Source of the DNA: Cellvibrionales bacterium UBA1969
GTDB taxonomy: Bacteria > Pseudomonadota > Gammaproteobacteria > Pseudomonadales > UBA7434
Direction of reading: 5' to 3'
NCBI GenBank assembly: GCA_002339085.1
Contig: DDDX01000073.1
Span: 563-46,453 of the forward strand
Length of the DNA: 45,891 nucleotides
The notes under the pieces were generated by a model, which saw only the letters and a list, made by a program, of their open reading frames with translations, was not told the DNA's origin and ran no database searches. The position numbers and the translations under genes were made by a program. Position 1 is the first letter of the stretch; each line of letters begins with the position of its first letter. Of this stretch, positions 13,797 through 24,549 are shown piece after piece.

Positions 13797-14031
13797 TTTA
13801 ACGCTTAGGTTTTTCTTGTTCTATTCCCGTAAAACTTCAATTTTTATCTTTTAACTGATCCTTTTCAGGTGTGATAATAAACGTTTTCTAAGCGTAGACT
13901 TTTCCTATGCGAATGATTTGATCAGTGAGCTGGAGCAGTTATCTTAACCGTTTAATGGTGCATGATAGATTATAACAGCCACTATTTTAGTAAGTAGTCA
14001 GCAGTCAGAGGCATACCATGGATACAGCAAC

Positions 14032-14874
14032 GTGAGTAAGCAGTATTTACAATCGGGTCAAGCATCGTTAGAGCTTGATCGCGATAAGCAAAGAATAGCG
14101 ATTGCGGTAGAATATAATGGTAGTCAATTCCATGGCTGGCAGCTACAGACAAAACCAGCAGTGCCGACTATTCAGTATTATTTGGAGCAAGCATTAAGTA
14201 CGATCGCAGACCATCCTGTTAGTCTGATCTGCGCCGGGCGAACCGATGCTGGTGTTCACGCTGTGGGGCAAGTTGCGCATTTTGACGTTTCAGTTTCACG
14301 AGAGCTCAAGGCTTGGGTGAAGGGGGTAAATAGTTTACTGCCTTCGTCTATTCGTGTGCTTTGGGCACAGCATGTCGATCAGCAATTTCATGCGCGATTT
14401 AGTGCGCAGTCACGTCGTTATCAGTATTGGATTCATAATTATGCTGAACGCTCTGGAATCTTTGCCGGCTTAATGACTCATTATCCACATCCCTTGGATC
14501 ATCAATTAATGCATGATGCCGCACAGTCATTATTGGGCGAACAAGATTTTACTTCTTTTCGTGCCTTGGCTTGCGAGAGTCCAACCGCGATGCGCAATGT
14601 CCATGCAGTAAAGGTGTTTCGACAACGAGAGCGCATTTGCATTGATATTGAAGCCAATGCGTTTTTGTTGCACATGGTGCGTAATATCAGTGGATCGCTC
14701 ATAGAGATTGGCGCTAAACGTCAGCCGGTCAGTTGGCTGCAAAGCTTATTGGCCGCTAAAGATCGATCCCTAGCAGCTGCTACTGCGCGGCCTGACGGTC
14801 TCTATTTGATGGCTGTCAGTTACCCACCTGAGTTAGTTGTTAGTTCGTCGATTCCAAGTATTTTTGGCCAATAG
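14032..14874 (+). CDS. truA: tRNA pseudouridine(38-40) synthase
   Basis: EYNGSQFHGWQ, CAGRTDAGVHA, FHARFSA, ANAFLLHMVRNI. Start uncertain. Confidence 0.97.
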   Translation: MSKQYLQSGQASLELDRDKQRIAIAVEYNGSQFHGWQLQTKPAVPTIQYYLEQALSTIADHPVSLICAGRTDAGVHAVGQVAHFDVSVSRELKAWVKGVNSLLPSSIRVLWAQHVDQQFHARFSAQSRRYQYWIHNYAERSGIFAGLMTHYPHPLDHQLMHDAAQSLLGEQDFTSFRALACESPTAMRNVHAVKVFRQRERICIDIEANAFLLHMVRNISGSLIEIGAKRQPVSWLQSLLAAKDRSLAAATARPDGLYLMAVSYPPELVVSSSIPSIFGQ

Positions 14875-15062
14875 CCTGTTTGCGTTGTGGACACGAGCTA
14901 TAAGTGAAGTTAGATCACCGAAAAGACAAAAAAAAATCAAACTTTTAAGGCTTTTATCACGGTATAGCATGCCCAAAAAGTCCTTAATCTGCGTATAATT
15001 ATTCTTTTAGTAGGGTTTTGTGCATTGTAATATTTCACTTCACCCGAGCTTGGGCCAAAGTC

Positions 15063-15749
15063 ATGATGGATATCGATCAGCGTGTTTCTGGTGAGCAACG
15101 AACTCGAGTTAAAATGTGTGGTATAACATGCCAGCGAGATGCAGAAGTCGCGATCGATGCCGGAGCTGATGCATTAGGATTTGTGTTTTATCCGCCCAGC
15201 CCCAGAGCGCTGAGTATTGAGCAGGCGGCCAGTATTTGTGAAACTTTGCCGCCGTTCGTGAGCGCAGTCGGTCTATTTGTTAATGCTACTGCTGACGAAG
15301 TGAATAAAGTTATTGATTCAGTGGGATTGACTTTATTGCAGTTTCACGGTGATGAACCAGCAACATTTTGTGAACAGTTTTCTCTGCCGTATATTAAAGC
15401 TTTTCGCATGGCGGTTAGCGGCGATCAGTCCATACAGGGCGAGGCTAATAACACTACAGATTTGCTTGCACAGATGGCTAGCCATCCACAGGCCTTGGGT
15501 TTTTTGTTAGATGCTTTTCAGCAGGGCGTTCCCGGTGGAACCGGCCATACCTTTGACTGGGCGCATGTGCCATCTCAAGCGACGCAACCGTTGATTCTGG
15601 CTGGCGGCTTAGGGGCGCATAACGTTGCCGCTGCAATTGATCAGGTCAGACCTTTTGCCGTGGATGTTAGTAGCGGAATTGAGTCTGCTCCAGGCATTAA
15701 AGATGCTGAAAAAATCATTCACTTTATGAGTGAAGTGGCGCATAGCTAA
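15063..15749 (+). CDS. trpF: Phosphoribosylanthranilate isomerase
   Basis: RVKMCGIT, GADALGFVF, LQFHGDE, GGTGHTFDW, ILAGGL, VDVSSGIE. Start approximate. Confidence 0.97.
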   Translation: MMDIDQRVSGEQRTRVKMCGITCQRDAEVAIDAGADALGFVFYPPSPRALSIEQAASICETLPPFVSAVGLFVNATADEVNKVIDSVGLTLLQFHGDEPATFCEQFSLPYIKAFRMAVSGDQSIQGEANNTTDLLAQMASHPQALGFLLDAFQQGVPGGTGHTFDWAHVPSQATQPLILAGGLGAHNVAAAIDQVRPFAVDVSSGIESAPGIKDAEKIIHFMSEVAHS

Positions 15750-15833
15750 CTATCCCAAACTATTACTAACTTAAGCTAGGGGCAGGTCTTAAGTAGACGT
15801 CGAATTAAAGTTAAACCAGCAAGAGTATCCAAC

Positions 15834-17066
15834 ATGCAAACACCACAGAATATTGATCCCAGAACTGTCGATTATGGCGCTGTTCCCGATGAGAAAGGAC
15901 ATTTTGGTCCCTATGGCGGACGCTTTGTGTCTGAGACATTGATAGCCGCCCTTGATGAGTTACAAGCGGCTTACGCCATGTTAAAAGATGACGCTTCTTT
16001 TCAGGCGGAATTTGACAGTGACTTAGCCCATTACGTGGGGCGTCCCTCACCCATTTACCATGCTGAGCGATGGAGTAAAAAACTCGGTGGTGCGCAAATT
16101 TTTCTTAAACGAGAAGACTTAAATCATACGGGCGCACACAAAGTCAATAATACCATCGGCCAAGCCTTGCTGGCTAAGCATATGGGTAAGCCTAGAGTTA
16201 TTGCAGAAACGGGTGCAGGCCAACATGGTGTGGCTTCGGCAACTGTTGCTGCGCGCCTTGGTATGGAATGCCAAGTATTTATGGGAGCGGAAGATGTTAA
16301 GCGCCAATCGTTAAATGTGTATCGAATGAAATTGCTGGGTGCCGACGTTGTGCCGGTTACTTCGGGCAGCCGTACCCTAAAAGATGCCATGAATGAAGCG
16401 CTGCGTGACTGGGTGACGAATGTCGATAATACTTTTTATATCATTGGTACAGTTGCCGGCCCAGCGCCTTATCCACAATTAGTCCGTGACTTTCAGTCCG
16501 TTATTGGTCGTGAGTCGCGTGTGCAAATGCAAGCACAGACCGGCCGTTTGCCTGATTGCCTTGTGGCTTGTGTCGGCGGTGGCTCCAATGCCATTGGTCT
16601 TTTTCACCCTTTTCTAAATGACCATGACGTCGCTATGCACGGTGTTGAGGCGGGTGGTTATGGGATCACAACTGGTAAGCATGCGGCGCCATTAAATGAC
16701 GGTAAGCCAGGAATATTACACGGTAATCGGACCTATTTAATGGAAGATGAGGACGGCCAAATCATTGATACACATTCAATCTCTGCAGGGCTTGATTACC
16801 CTGGTGTTGGACCTGAACATTCATGGTTGAAGGATATGGGTCGGGTTAATTACGTGGCTGTTACAGACGATGAGGCGATGGATGCTTTCCGTGCATTAAC
16901 CCAAATTGAGGGCATTATGCCGGCGCTAGAAACCAGTCATGCATTGGCTTATGCGGCCAAATTGGCCCAAGATATGGACAAAGATAAGACTATTTTAGTG
17001 AATCTTTCGGGTCGTGGTGATAAAGACATTTTAACCGTAGCGGATATCGATGGCATCACACTATAA
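15834..17066 (+). CDS. trpB: Tryptophan synthase beta chain
   Basis: [50 protein letters not shown]. Confidence 0.99.
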   Translation: MQTPQNIDPRTVDYGAVPDEKGHFGPYGGRFVSETLIAALDELQAAYAMLKDDASFQAEFDSDLAHYVGRPSPIYHAERWSKKLGGAQIFLKREDLNHTGAHKVNNTIGQALLAKHMGKPRVIAETGAGQHGVASATVAARLGMECQVFMGAEDVKRQSLNVYRMKLLGADVVPVTSGSRTLKDAMNEALRDWVTNVDNTFYIIGTVAGPAPYPQLVRDFQSVIGRESRVQMQAQTGRLPDCLVACVGGGSNAIGLFHPFLNDHDVAMHGVEAGGYGITTGKHAAPLNDGKPGILHGNRTYLMEDEDGQIIDTHSISAGLDYPGVGPEHSWLKDMGRVNYVAVTDDEAMDAFRALTQIEGIMPALETSHALAYAAKLAQDMDKDKTILVNLSGRGDKDILTVADIDGITL

Positions 17067-17152
17067 TAATGTTCTTTAAAGGGGTCTTTGCTTAACCTAA
17101 AGAGGTTATTAAATAAGCACAATAGCATATTGATAATTTACTGGAGAGGGCA

Positions 17153-18028
17153 TTGAGTCGAATTGCCGCTAGAATGAAAGCTTGTCAGGATCGCGGCCGA
17201 AAGGCGGTTATTCCCTACATTGTGGCAGGCGATCCTTGGTTAGAGATAACGGTTTCAGCAATGCACACATTGGTTGACGCCGGCGCCGATATTATCGAAT
17301 TAGGCGTGCCTTTTTCAGACCCAATGGCAGAGGGGCCAGTGATTCAATTAGGCCACGAGCGTGCCCTAGCTAACCATATCGGTTTGTCAGATGTACTGGC
17401 AATGGTGGCCGAGTTCCGTAATAAAGATCGTGAAACACCTGTCGTATTAATGGGCTACGCTAATCCGATTGAAGTGATGGGTTATACAGTTTTTGCAGAA
17501 GCTGCCCAGCGAGCAGGTGTCGACGGGGTATTAACTGTCGATATGCCTCCCGAAGAGGCGTCAGAAAGCAACACTATTTTTCGTCAGCATGGTATAGACG
17601 CGATTTTTTTAATTGCGCCAACTACCTCTAATCAGCGCACCAAACAAATATGCGCAATGGCGACCGGTTATATTTATTACGTTTCTCTGAAAGGGGTTAC
17701 CGGAGCTGGGCATCTTGATACGGCTGAAGTCGAGAGTAAGGTTCGTTTTATAAAGCAAACTACCGATTTGCCCGTCTGCGTGGGTTTTGGTATCAAGGAT
17801 GCCGATTCTGCGCGAGCAATTGCTAAGTACGCAGATGGTGTAGTGGTTGGTAGTGTGCTAGTTGACGGCATGGGAGAATGTGTTGGTATGAATGTTCGCG
17901 ATAATGAGGCTGATTTGAATACTGAGTCAAAGTCATTCAATGCCAATGAAAAAAACCTTTTTACGAAAAAAATTACCGATAAGATTATGTCGATTGTAAG
18001 TGTTATTGCCCTTGGTGCTAATCCCTAG
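17153..18028 (+). CDS. trpA: Tryptophan synthase alpha chain
   Basis: [38 protein letters not shown] start after GGAGAGG. Confidence 0.98.
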   Translation: MSRIAARMKACQDRGRKAVIPYIVAGDPWLEITVSAMHTLVDAGADIIELGVPFSDPMAEGPVIQLGHERALANHIGLSDVLAMVAEFRNKDRETPVVLMGYANPIEVMGYTVFAEAAQRAGVDGVLTVDMPPEEASESNTIFRQHGIDAIFLIAPTTSNQRTKQICAMATGYIYYVSLKGVTGAGHLDTAEVESKVRFIKQTTDLPVCVGFGIKDADSARAIAKYADGVVVGSVLVDGMGECVGMNVRDNEADLNTESKSFNANEKNLFTKKITDKIMSIVSVIALGANP

Positions 18029-18138
18029 CCATTGGTTGTTTTGATGCTTAATACAAGTAGATGGTAATTTTCTACGACAGTTATCCGGTTTCACGCTATG
18101 TACTATCTTTATCTGATTGAGTAACGGTTGGTTTAATT

Positions 18139-19098
18139 ATGAGTTGGCTGGATAAAATCAAACCCTCATTTGTTTCTCGTACTGCTGATGATTCAGAGCA
18201 GCGCGCTTCTGTCCCCGAAGGCTTATGGCGCAAATGTGTTCGCTGTGATGCTGTGCTTTACCGTCCTGAATTGGAGCGAAATTTAGATGTGTGCCCAAAA
18301 TGCAATCATCATATGCGAATTGATGCGCGCCGCCGGCTTGATATTTTTCTTGATGAATCGCCCAGAATTGAGCTCGCTTCAGAAGTAGAACCCATCGATA
18401 GGCTTAAGTTTAAAGACACAAAAAAATACAAGGATCGTCTTAGTCAGGCACAAAAAGCAACGGGTGAAAAGGATGCCTTAGTGGCGTTTCAAGGAGAGTT
18501 AGGTGGTCGAGCGATTATAGCCGTTGCATTCGCCTTTAGTTTTCATGGTGGCTCTATGGGCTATGCTGTGGGCGAGAAATTCACCCGCGCCGCCAATAAG
18601 GCGCTTGAGCTTGGTTGCCCGATGGTGTGCTTTTCGGCAACGGGCGGTGCTCGTATGCAAGAGGCGCTGATATCGTTGATGCAAATGGCAAAAACCAGTG
18701 CGGTTTTGGAGCGGCTAAAGCAAGCCGGCTTGCCTTACGTTTCGGTGATGACCGATCCAGTTTACGGAGGGGTATCGGCTAGTTTAGCCTTATTAGGCGA
18801 TATTAATATTGCTGAGCCAAATGCACGAGCCGGTTTTGCAGGTCCTAACATTATTGAGCAAACCATAAGGCAAAAGTTACCTAAAGGTTTTCAGCGAAGT
18901 GAGTTTCTGCTTGAGCGTGGCGCGATTGATATGATTGTTTCGCGACAAGATATGCGCTCGACCATAAATCGTCTACTGGGCAAACTTTGTCATGCGCCTG
19001 CCGAGCAAAGCACTCTAGACGAGCCTGTTCACATCAAAAGTAATATTGATCTTGATGCCTCTCAATCGGGTGAATATATTCCTGCAGAGTCAGATTAA
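18139..19098 (+). CDS. accD: Acetyl-CoA carboxylase carboxyltransferase beta subunit
   Basis: Zinc finger ([10 protein letters not shown]...C..C), [21 protein letters not shown]. Confidence 0.98.
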   Translation: MSWLDKIKPSFVSRTADDSEQRASVPEGLWRKCVRCDAVLYRPELERNLDVCPKCNHHMRIDARRRLDIFLDESPRIELASEVEPIDRLKFKDTKKYKDRLSQAQKATGEKDALVAFQGELGGRAIIAVAFAFSFHGGSMGYAVGEKFTRAANKALELGCPMVCFSATGGARMQEALISLMQMAKTSAVLERLKQAGLPYVSVMTDPVYGGVSASLALLGDINIAEPNARAGFAGPNIIEQTIRQKLPKGFQRSEFLLERGAIDMIVSRQDMRSTINRLLGKLCHAPAEQSTLDEPVHIKSNIDLDASQSGEYIPAESD

Positions 19099-19151
19099 CG
19101 TCATTCGTAAGGCGTACCGCTATATCACCATGTTAGAAAAAACATTTATTC

Positions 19152-20489
19152 ATGATGCGATTTAAACGACTTGATGAATGGTTGCTTTGGTTAGAGCAAC
19201 TGCATCCTGTAGCGGTTGATTTAGGACTTGAGCGCGTTGTTCAAGTAGCAGCGCAGCTGCCGATCAATACTGCCTCAAGTGAGGTGATTACTGTGGCCGG
19301 CACTAATGGTAAGGGATCAACGTTGGCGGCTTTGCAGGCATTGTTATCTTGTCCGCATAAAACTCTCACTCGGCCGAGCATCGGTGTCTACAGTTCACCC
19401 CATCTCAAGCATTTTACTGAACGAGTGCAGGTAAATGGTCAACCTGTGACAGAGATTATTCTTTGTCAGGCTTTAGATCATGTTGATAAAGCCCGGCTAC
19501 ATTGCGACCTATCATTAAGCTATTTCGAGTTTACCACTCTTGCCGCGCTGTTGATTTTTTCAGAGCAGGACTTGGATTATATGCTGCTTGAAGTCGGCTT
19601 GGGTGGCCGTTTAGATGCGGTTAATATCATCGATGCAGACATCAGCGTGATCACTCCGATAGATTTAGATCATCAGGCTTGGCTGGGTAATACGCGCGAT
19701 GCCATCGCGATTGAAAAAGCCGGTATTCTTCGATTTGGGCAAAGCAGTGTTATTGCAGATTTGGATCCGCCTGATAGTTTGATTCAGCAAATAAAAGCAC
19801 TAGAGGTCAGAGCCGTATGGCCCGTCGAATATAGTGACGATGGCCATGGCTTTGTCAGCGCTGACGATGGCTCTTTGTCATGGCAGGGTAAAGGTGACGG
19901 CGGTCCCAATGTGTTGGGACGCTTACCTATTCCGCAACTTGCTCAGCCAAGTTGGAGTGCCGCTTTGCAGGTGGCATCACTGCTTAAAGCGCTACCCAGC
20001 GAAAACATTTGCCGTCAACTGCTAGCGTCGGTGAGTTTAGCCGGCAGACTTCAGCGTTTTTCATGGGCTAATCGTGTTATCCTGTTAGATGTTGCCCACA
20101 ATCCTCAATCGGTTCAGCGTTTGGCTGATTATTTGAAAAATGAATCTTCTTTAGAGAAGAAAAATTCAAAAGGCTGGACTGCAATTTTTGCTGCCCTAGA
20201 GGATAAAAATATCCCGTTGATGCTTGAAGCAACTGCCTCTCAGATAAAAAAGTGGTATCTCCCGGTGCTTGATAATTGTTCTCGTTCATTGCCGCCGAAT
20301 CAAATAGCCGATTATTTGACTCAGTTAAGCGCTAATTCGCCAATAAAATCCAATATCGATACAGAAATTGGCCTTAGTGTTAAAGAAAGTTTGATAAATG
20401 CTATCCATGAGGGGGGTGAGGGCGATAAAATAGTAGTGTTCGGTTCTTTTTATACCGTGGGCGAAGCTTTAGTCGTAATAGAGTCGTAG
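19152..20489 (+). CDS. folC: Dihydrofolate/folylpolyglutamate synthase
   Basis: VAGTNGKGS, YSSPHL, EVGLGGRLDAVN, DVAHNP, VFGSFYTV. Confidence 0.97.
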   Translation: MMRFKRLDEWLLWLEQLHPVAVDLGLERVVQVAAQLPINTASSEVITVAGTNGKGSTLAALQALLSCPHKTLTRPSIGVYSSPHLKHFTERVQVNGQPVTEIILCQALDHVDKARLHCDLSLSYFEFTTLAALLIFSEQDLDYMLLEVGLGGRLDAVNIIDADISVITPIDLDHQAWLGNTRDAIAIEKAGILRFGQSSVIADLDPPDSLIQQIKALEVRAVWPVEYSDDGHGFVSADDGSLSWQGKGDGGPNVLGRLPIPQLAQPSWSAALQVASLLKALPSENICRQLLASVSLAGRLQRFSWANRVILLDVAHNPQSVQRLADYLKNESSLEKKNSKGWTAIFAALEDKNIPLMLEATASQIKKWYLPVLDNCSRSLPPNQIADYLTQLSANSPIKSNIDTEIGLSVKESLINAIHEGGEGDKIVVFGSFYTVGEALVVIES

Positions 20490-20553
20490 ACAAATATTAT
20501 AGGCGTTCAATGTCTAACTTTTGCTCGAAGGATGAAATAATGGTGAAACAACA

Positions 20554-21162
20554 GTGACCCCTGAATTAAAGCAACGTTTAGTGGGAGCCGCCGTGCTGTT
20601 ATTTTTAGCCGGACTACTTTGGATGCTATTATTTGACTTTGAGGCTTCTGAGCGTGAAGTTAGCCCGTTTGTCGCAATACCTCCGATGCCTACTATTGAG
20701 TCACTGGTCATTGAGCCAGCAACTCCTTTTTATAATGACAAGGCCATTAATTCTGCAAGTAATTCATCAGTTGAGGCAGATGGAGTAAGCGAGCAGGCCT
20801 CATCCTCTGAATTGAACAAATTACTTGGCGATTCACCTGACCCTAAACCGATCGCCAATAAGACGCATTATGTTGATCCGGCAAGCCGACCGAGGCTCGA
20901 TAAGCAGGGTGTGCCGGTCGCATATGTTATACAATTAGGCAGTTTTAAGCAGTTTGATAATGCCAATAAACTGAGAGATAAGCTCGTCAACGACTACCAG
21001 TTTAAGGCGTTTGTAGAGCCTAGGGTTGAAATGGGTGAGGGTCCTTATAAAGTTTTAGTAGGCCCTGTTTTAACCTATGCTGATGCTAAAAGCTTGGCGG
21101 TCGAACTTAAAAATAACGCTGAAATCACATCGACCATGATTAAGCGCTTTGGTGATACATAA
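20554..21162 (+). CDS. dedD: SPOR-domain cell division protein (DedD-like)
   Basis: LKQRLVGA TM anchor, C-terminal SPOR (YVIQLGSF, YKVLVGP). Lies between folC and cvpA. Confidence 0.85.
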   Translation: MTPELKQRLVGAAVLLFLAGLLWMLLFDFEASEREVSPFVAIPPMPTIESLVIEPATPFYNDKAINSASNSSVEADGVSEQASSSELNKLLGDSPDPKPIANKTHYVDPASRPRLDKQGVPVAYVIQLGSFKQFDNANKLRDKLVNDYQFKAFVEPRVEMGEGPYKVLVGPVLTYADAKSLAVELKNNAEITSTMIKRFGDT

Positions 21163-21644
21163 TGAGCGAGGCTGATTGGGTTATTTTAGCTGTATTAGGT
21201 ATCTCGGGCTTGCTAAGCTTATGGCGCGGCTTTGTTAAAGAAGCTATCTCACTGATTTTTTGGGTGACGGCATTTATTTTAAGTCTTCGGTTTAGCGTCC
21301 AGTTTTCAACTTTGATGCCCGTCGCGATCGAATCTGAGTCTGTCAGAGTGATGCTGTCATTCATAGTTATATTTTTTGGCACCCTAATTGTTGGTGGTTT
21401 GATAAATCGCATTATTTCTTCGCTGTTAAAATTCTCGGGAATGGGCGGCACTGACAGATTCTTAGGGATGGTGTTTGGTATTTTTAGGGGCGGTGTTTTG
21501 GTGATGGCGGCGCTAATTGTATTACCACCGTTTTTTGAACTTGAACAACAAGCGTGGTGGCGTAGCTCAATTTTAATCCCTAAGTTTTTACTATTGGAAG
21601 AGTGGACTTTAGATGCATTAGGTTCAGTATCTGATTGGAAGTAA
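21162..21644 (+). CDS. cvpA: CvpA-family membrane protein
   Basis: RGFVKEAISL, TDRFLGMVFG. Directly upstream of purF. Confidence 0.95.
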   Translation: MSEADWVILAVLGISGLLSLWRGFVKEAISLIFWVTAFILSLRFSVQFSTLMPVAIESESVRVMLSFIVIFFGTLIVGGLINRIISSLLKFSGMGGTDRFLGMVFGIFRGGVLVMAALIVLPPFFELEQQAWWRSSILIPKFLLLEEWTLDALGSVSDWK

Positions 21645-21704
21645 GAAAACATCAGCTGATAAGTTCTTAAATTAACATAGTCGTTTTTAAGAGAGGGTAT
21701 GTCC

Positions 21705-23237
21705 GTGTGCGGAGTGGTTGGTATAGTGGCTAAGTCAGGCGTAAATCAATCGATTTACGACGCGCTTACCGTATTGCAACATCGAGGCCAAGATGCTGCT
21801 GGCATGATGACCTTTGGTAATGGACGCTTTAATCAACGAAAAGGCAATGGCTTGGTTCGCGATGTTTTTCGTCAGCATCATATGGATCGGCTAGTGGGTA
21901 ATATTGGTATCGGCCACTGTCGTTATCCTACTGCAGGTGGGTCAAGTCCTGCTTTGGCACAGCCATTTTATGTTAATACGCCTTACGGTATCGCGCTCGC
22001 GCATAACGGCAATCTAACCAATGCTACAGATTTGATGCGAGAGGTTTTTCAATCCGACCTTCGTCATATAAATACTGATTCTGATTCTGAAGTTATTCTT
22101 AATGTATTCGCCCATGAATTACAAAAAATTGGTAAATTAAGACCGAATCATGATGATATTTTTGCTGCTGTCGAAGCAGTTCATCGTCGATGCTCTGGTG
22201 GTTATGCAGTAGTTGCATTGATTGCTAATTATGGAGTGGTGGGTTTTCGGGACCCTCATGGTATCCGGCCTTTGGTTTACGGTAAAAGACAAACTGAGCG
22301 AGGCGATGAATATATGATTGCCTCTGAGAGTGTGGCACTTGATGTGCTTGGCTTCCAAAGAATAGATGATGTTCAGCCCGGTCAGTCAGTTTTTATTAGC
22401 GCTTCAGGAAGTTTGCATTTGCATCAAAGTTCTGGCCAAGTGGATATTGCTCCCTGCATATTTGAACACGTTTACTTTGCAAGGCCCGATTCTATTCTGG
22501 ATGATATATCAGTTTATAAGTGTCGACTGAGAATGGGTGAAGCGCTGGCGAAGAAGATTATTAAAACGAGACCTGACCATGATATAGATGTTGTGGTTCC
22601 GATTCCTGATACCAGTCGCGTGTCAGCACAAATCATAGCCCACCAATTGGATATAAAGTTTCGTGAGGGTTTAATAAAGAATCGCTATATTGGTAGAACG
22701 TTTATTATGCCAGGGCAAAGTATTCGGCAGAAATCCGTACGCCAAAAATTAAATGCGATATCTTTGGAGTTCAAAGATAAAAATGTATTGTTGGTTGATG
22801 ATTCTATTGTTAGGGGTACGACCAGTTGCGAGATCATTCAGATGGCCAGAGAAGCGGGCGCGAAGAATGTTTATATTGCCTCTGCTGCACCACCGGTTCG
22901 CTATCCTAACGTCTATGGTATTGATATGCCCTCAGCTAATGAGTTGATAGCTCACAATCGAAGTGTTGAAGAGGTGCAAGAATTAATTGGTGCAGATTGG
23001 TTAATTTATCAAGATTTAGACGATCTTGTTGCCTCGGCTCAGGAAGGTAACCCTGCCATTAAGCGCTTTGATTGTTCAGTGTTTAATGGTCAATATGTAA
23101 CAGGTGATATCGACAATCTTTATTTGGATGAACTTCATGAGCGACGAAAGGACACCTCTAAAACGGCAGAGCTAGGAAATTCACATTCAGTCAAGCATGA
23201 GTCTGCCGTGGTTGATTTATACAATGACGCAACTTAG
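21705..23237 (+). CDS. purF: Amidophosphoribosyltransferase
   Basis: [37 protein letters not shown] 21705 gives the required Met-Cys N-terminus and lies 7 nt from GAGAGGG. Confidence 0.99.
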   Translation: MCGVVGIVAKSGVNQSIYDALTVLQHRGQDAAGMMTFGNGRFNQRKGNGLVRDVFRQHHMDRLVGNIGIGHCRYPTAGGSSPALAQPFYVNTPYGIALAHNGNLTNATDLMREVFQSDLRHINTDSDSEVILNVFAHELQKIGKLRPNHDDIFAAVEAVHRRCSGGYAVVALIANYGVVGFRDPHGIRPLVYGKRQTERGDEYMIASESVALDVLGFQRIDDVQPGQSVFISASGSLHLHQSSGQVDIAPCIFEHVYFARPDSILDDISVYKCRLRMGEALAKKIIKTRPDHDIDVVVPIPDTSRVSAQIIAHQLDIKFREGLIKNRYIGRTFIMPGQSIRQKSVRQKLNAISLEFKDKNVLLVDDSIVRGTTSCEIIQMAREAGAKNVYIASAAPPVRYPNVYGIDMPSANELIAHNRSVEEVQELIGADWLIYQDLDDLVASAQEGNPAIKRFDCSVFNGQYVTGDIDNLYLDELHERRKDTSKTAELGNSHSVKHESAVVDLYNDAT

Positions 23238-23251
23238 CAAGCAGAGTGGCT

Positions 23252-24457
23252 ATGACTAAATCAAAAGACCCCATCGCTGAAGCTTTAAAAAGCGCTAAAA
23301 GTGAAACGCTGGGGGTTCGAGCTGGGCAAGTAAGAACTCACGCCGACGAGCACTCTGAAGCTTTATTTCTAACCTCGAGCTATGTTTTTGATAGCTGCGA
23401 AGATGCAGCTACTCGTTTTGCTGGTGAAAATGATTGCAGCGTATATACCCGTTACACGAATCCAACCGTTAGAAACTTTGAGCAACGTCTCGCAGCTTTA
23501 GAGAGCGCTGAAGACTGCGTTGCTACGTCATCAGGTATGGGTGCCATTATGAGCCTGTGTTTAGCACAGCTTCGCTCAGGCGATCATATTATTTGCTCTA
23601 GCGACGTGTTTGGCTCAACAGTGGTACTGCTAAATAATTTTTTTGCTAAGTTTGGAGTTGAAATTAGCTACGTTAAATTAACTGATATGGCAGCCTGGCG
23701 TGCAGCGATTAAAGACAATACACGATTTTTATTTATTGAGACGCCTTCAAACCCACTGAGTCAGGTGGGCGATATAGCCGCTTTTGCTGATCTTGCCCAC
23801 CAACATGACCTATTACTGGTGGTTGATAATTGTTTTTGCTCGCCAGCGTTACAAAAGCCTCTGGCACTGGGAGCAGATATTATTATTCATTCGGCAACTA
23901 AATACATCGATGGTCAGGGCCGCTGTTTGGGTGGTGCTGTATTAGGTGCTGAACAGCACATAGAATCAGTGCGCAGTTTAGTGCGTGCCGGTGGGCCGAG
24001 TTTAAGTCCCTTTAATGCTTGGGTATTTTTGAAAGGCTTAGAAACCTTGCATTTACGCATGCGCGCTCACTCTGATAATGCTTTAGCCATTGCCCAATGG
24101 TTAGAACAGCAGCCAAGTATAGAGCAGGTATTTTATACAGGTTTAACTAGTCACCCTCAGCACCAATTAGCCGCCTCTCAGCAAAGCCAGTTTGGTGGCG
24201 TGCTATCGTTTCGTATTCGTGGTGATAAATCAGCAGCTTGGCGGTTTATTGATGCCACTCAGATGATCTCATTAACTGCCAACCTCGGGGATGCAAAAAC
24301 GACAATCGTTCATCCTGCTAGTACCACGCATAGCCGACTCAGTGATCTGGAACGAGCTGAGGCAGGCATTACTGATAACCTTGTCCGGGTTGCGGTTGGG
24401 TTAGAGGCGGTTGAAGATATCATGGCAGATTTTAATTTAGGCTTAGCGGCTCTTTAA
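23252..24457 (+). CDS. metZ: O-succinylhomoserine sulfhydrylase
   Basis: EHSEALFLTSSYVF, YTRYTNPT, HSATKYIDGQGR, TANLGDAKT. Follows purF. Confidence 0.93.
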   Translation: MTKSKDPIAEALKSAKSETLGVRAGQVRTHADEHSEALFLTSSYVFDSCEDAATRFAGENDCSVYTRYTNPTVRNFEQRLAALESAEDCVATSSGMGAIMSLCLAQLRSGDHIICSSDVFGSTVVLLNNFFAKFGVEISYVKLTDMAAWRAAIKDNTRFLFIETPSNPLSQVGDIAAFADLAHQHDLLLVVDNCFCSPALQKPLALGADIIIHSATKYIDGQGRCLGGAVLGAEQHIESVRSLVRAGGPSLSPFNAWVFLKGLETLHLRMRAHSDNALAIAQWLEQQPSIEQVFYTGLTSHPQHQLAASQQSQFGGVLSFRIRGDKSAAWRFIDATQMISLTANLGDAKTTIVHPASTTHSRLSDLERAEAGITDNLVRVAVGLEAVEDIMADFNLGLAAL

Positions 24458-24549
24458 ATGATAGTTTTTAATCGATTATTTTGATTTCATAACATGCCAG
24501 CTAGGCTAAAGTATCTTGATCCTTACTATGACCAATCGTACTTCTCAAA

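Noticed and set aside
13623-19134. 12-mer TATCACCATGTT present in two intergenic regions (13623 and 19123)
   Set aside because: A single 12-nt match is plausible by chance. It is not palindromic and has no third copy that I could see.
21699-21704. ATG 21699 as purF start (MSVCG, implying a propeptide)
   Set aside because: It is only 1 nt from the SD. GTG 21705 is well spaced and yields the canonical N-terminal Cys.
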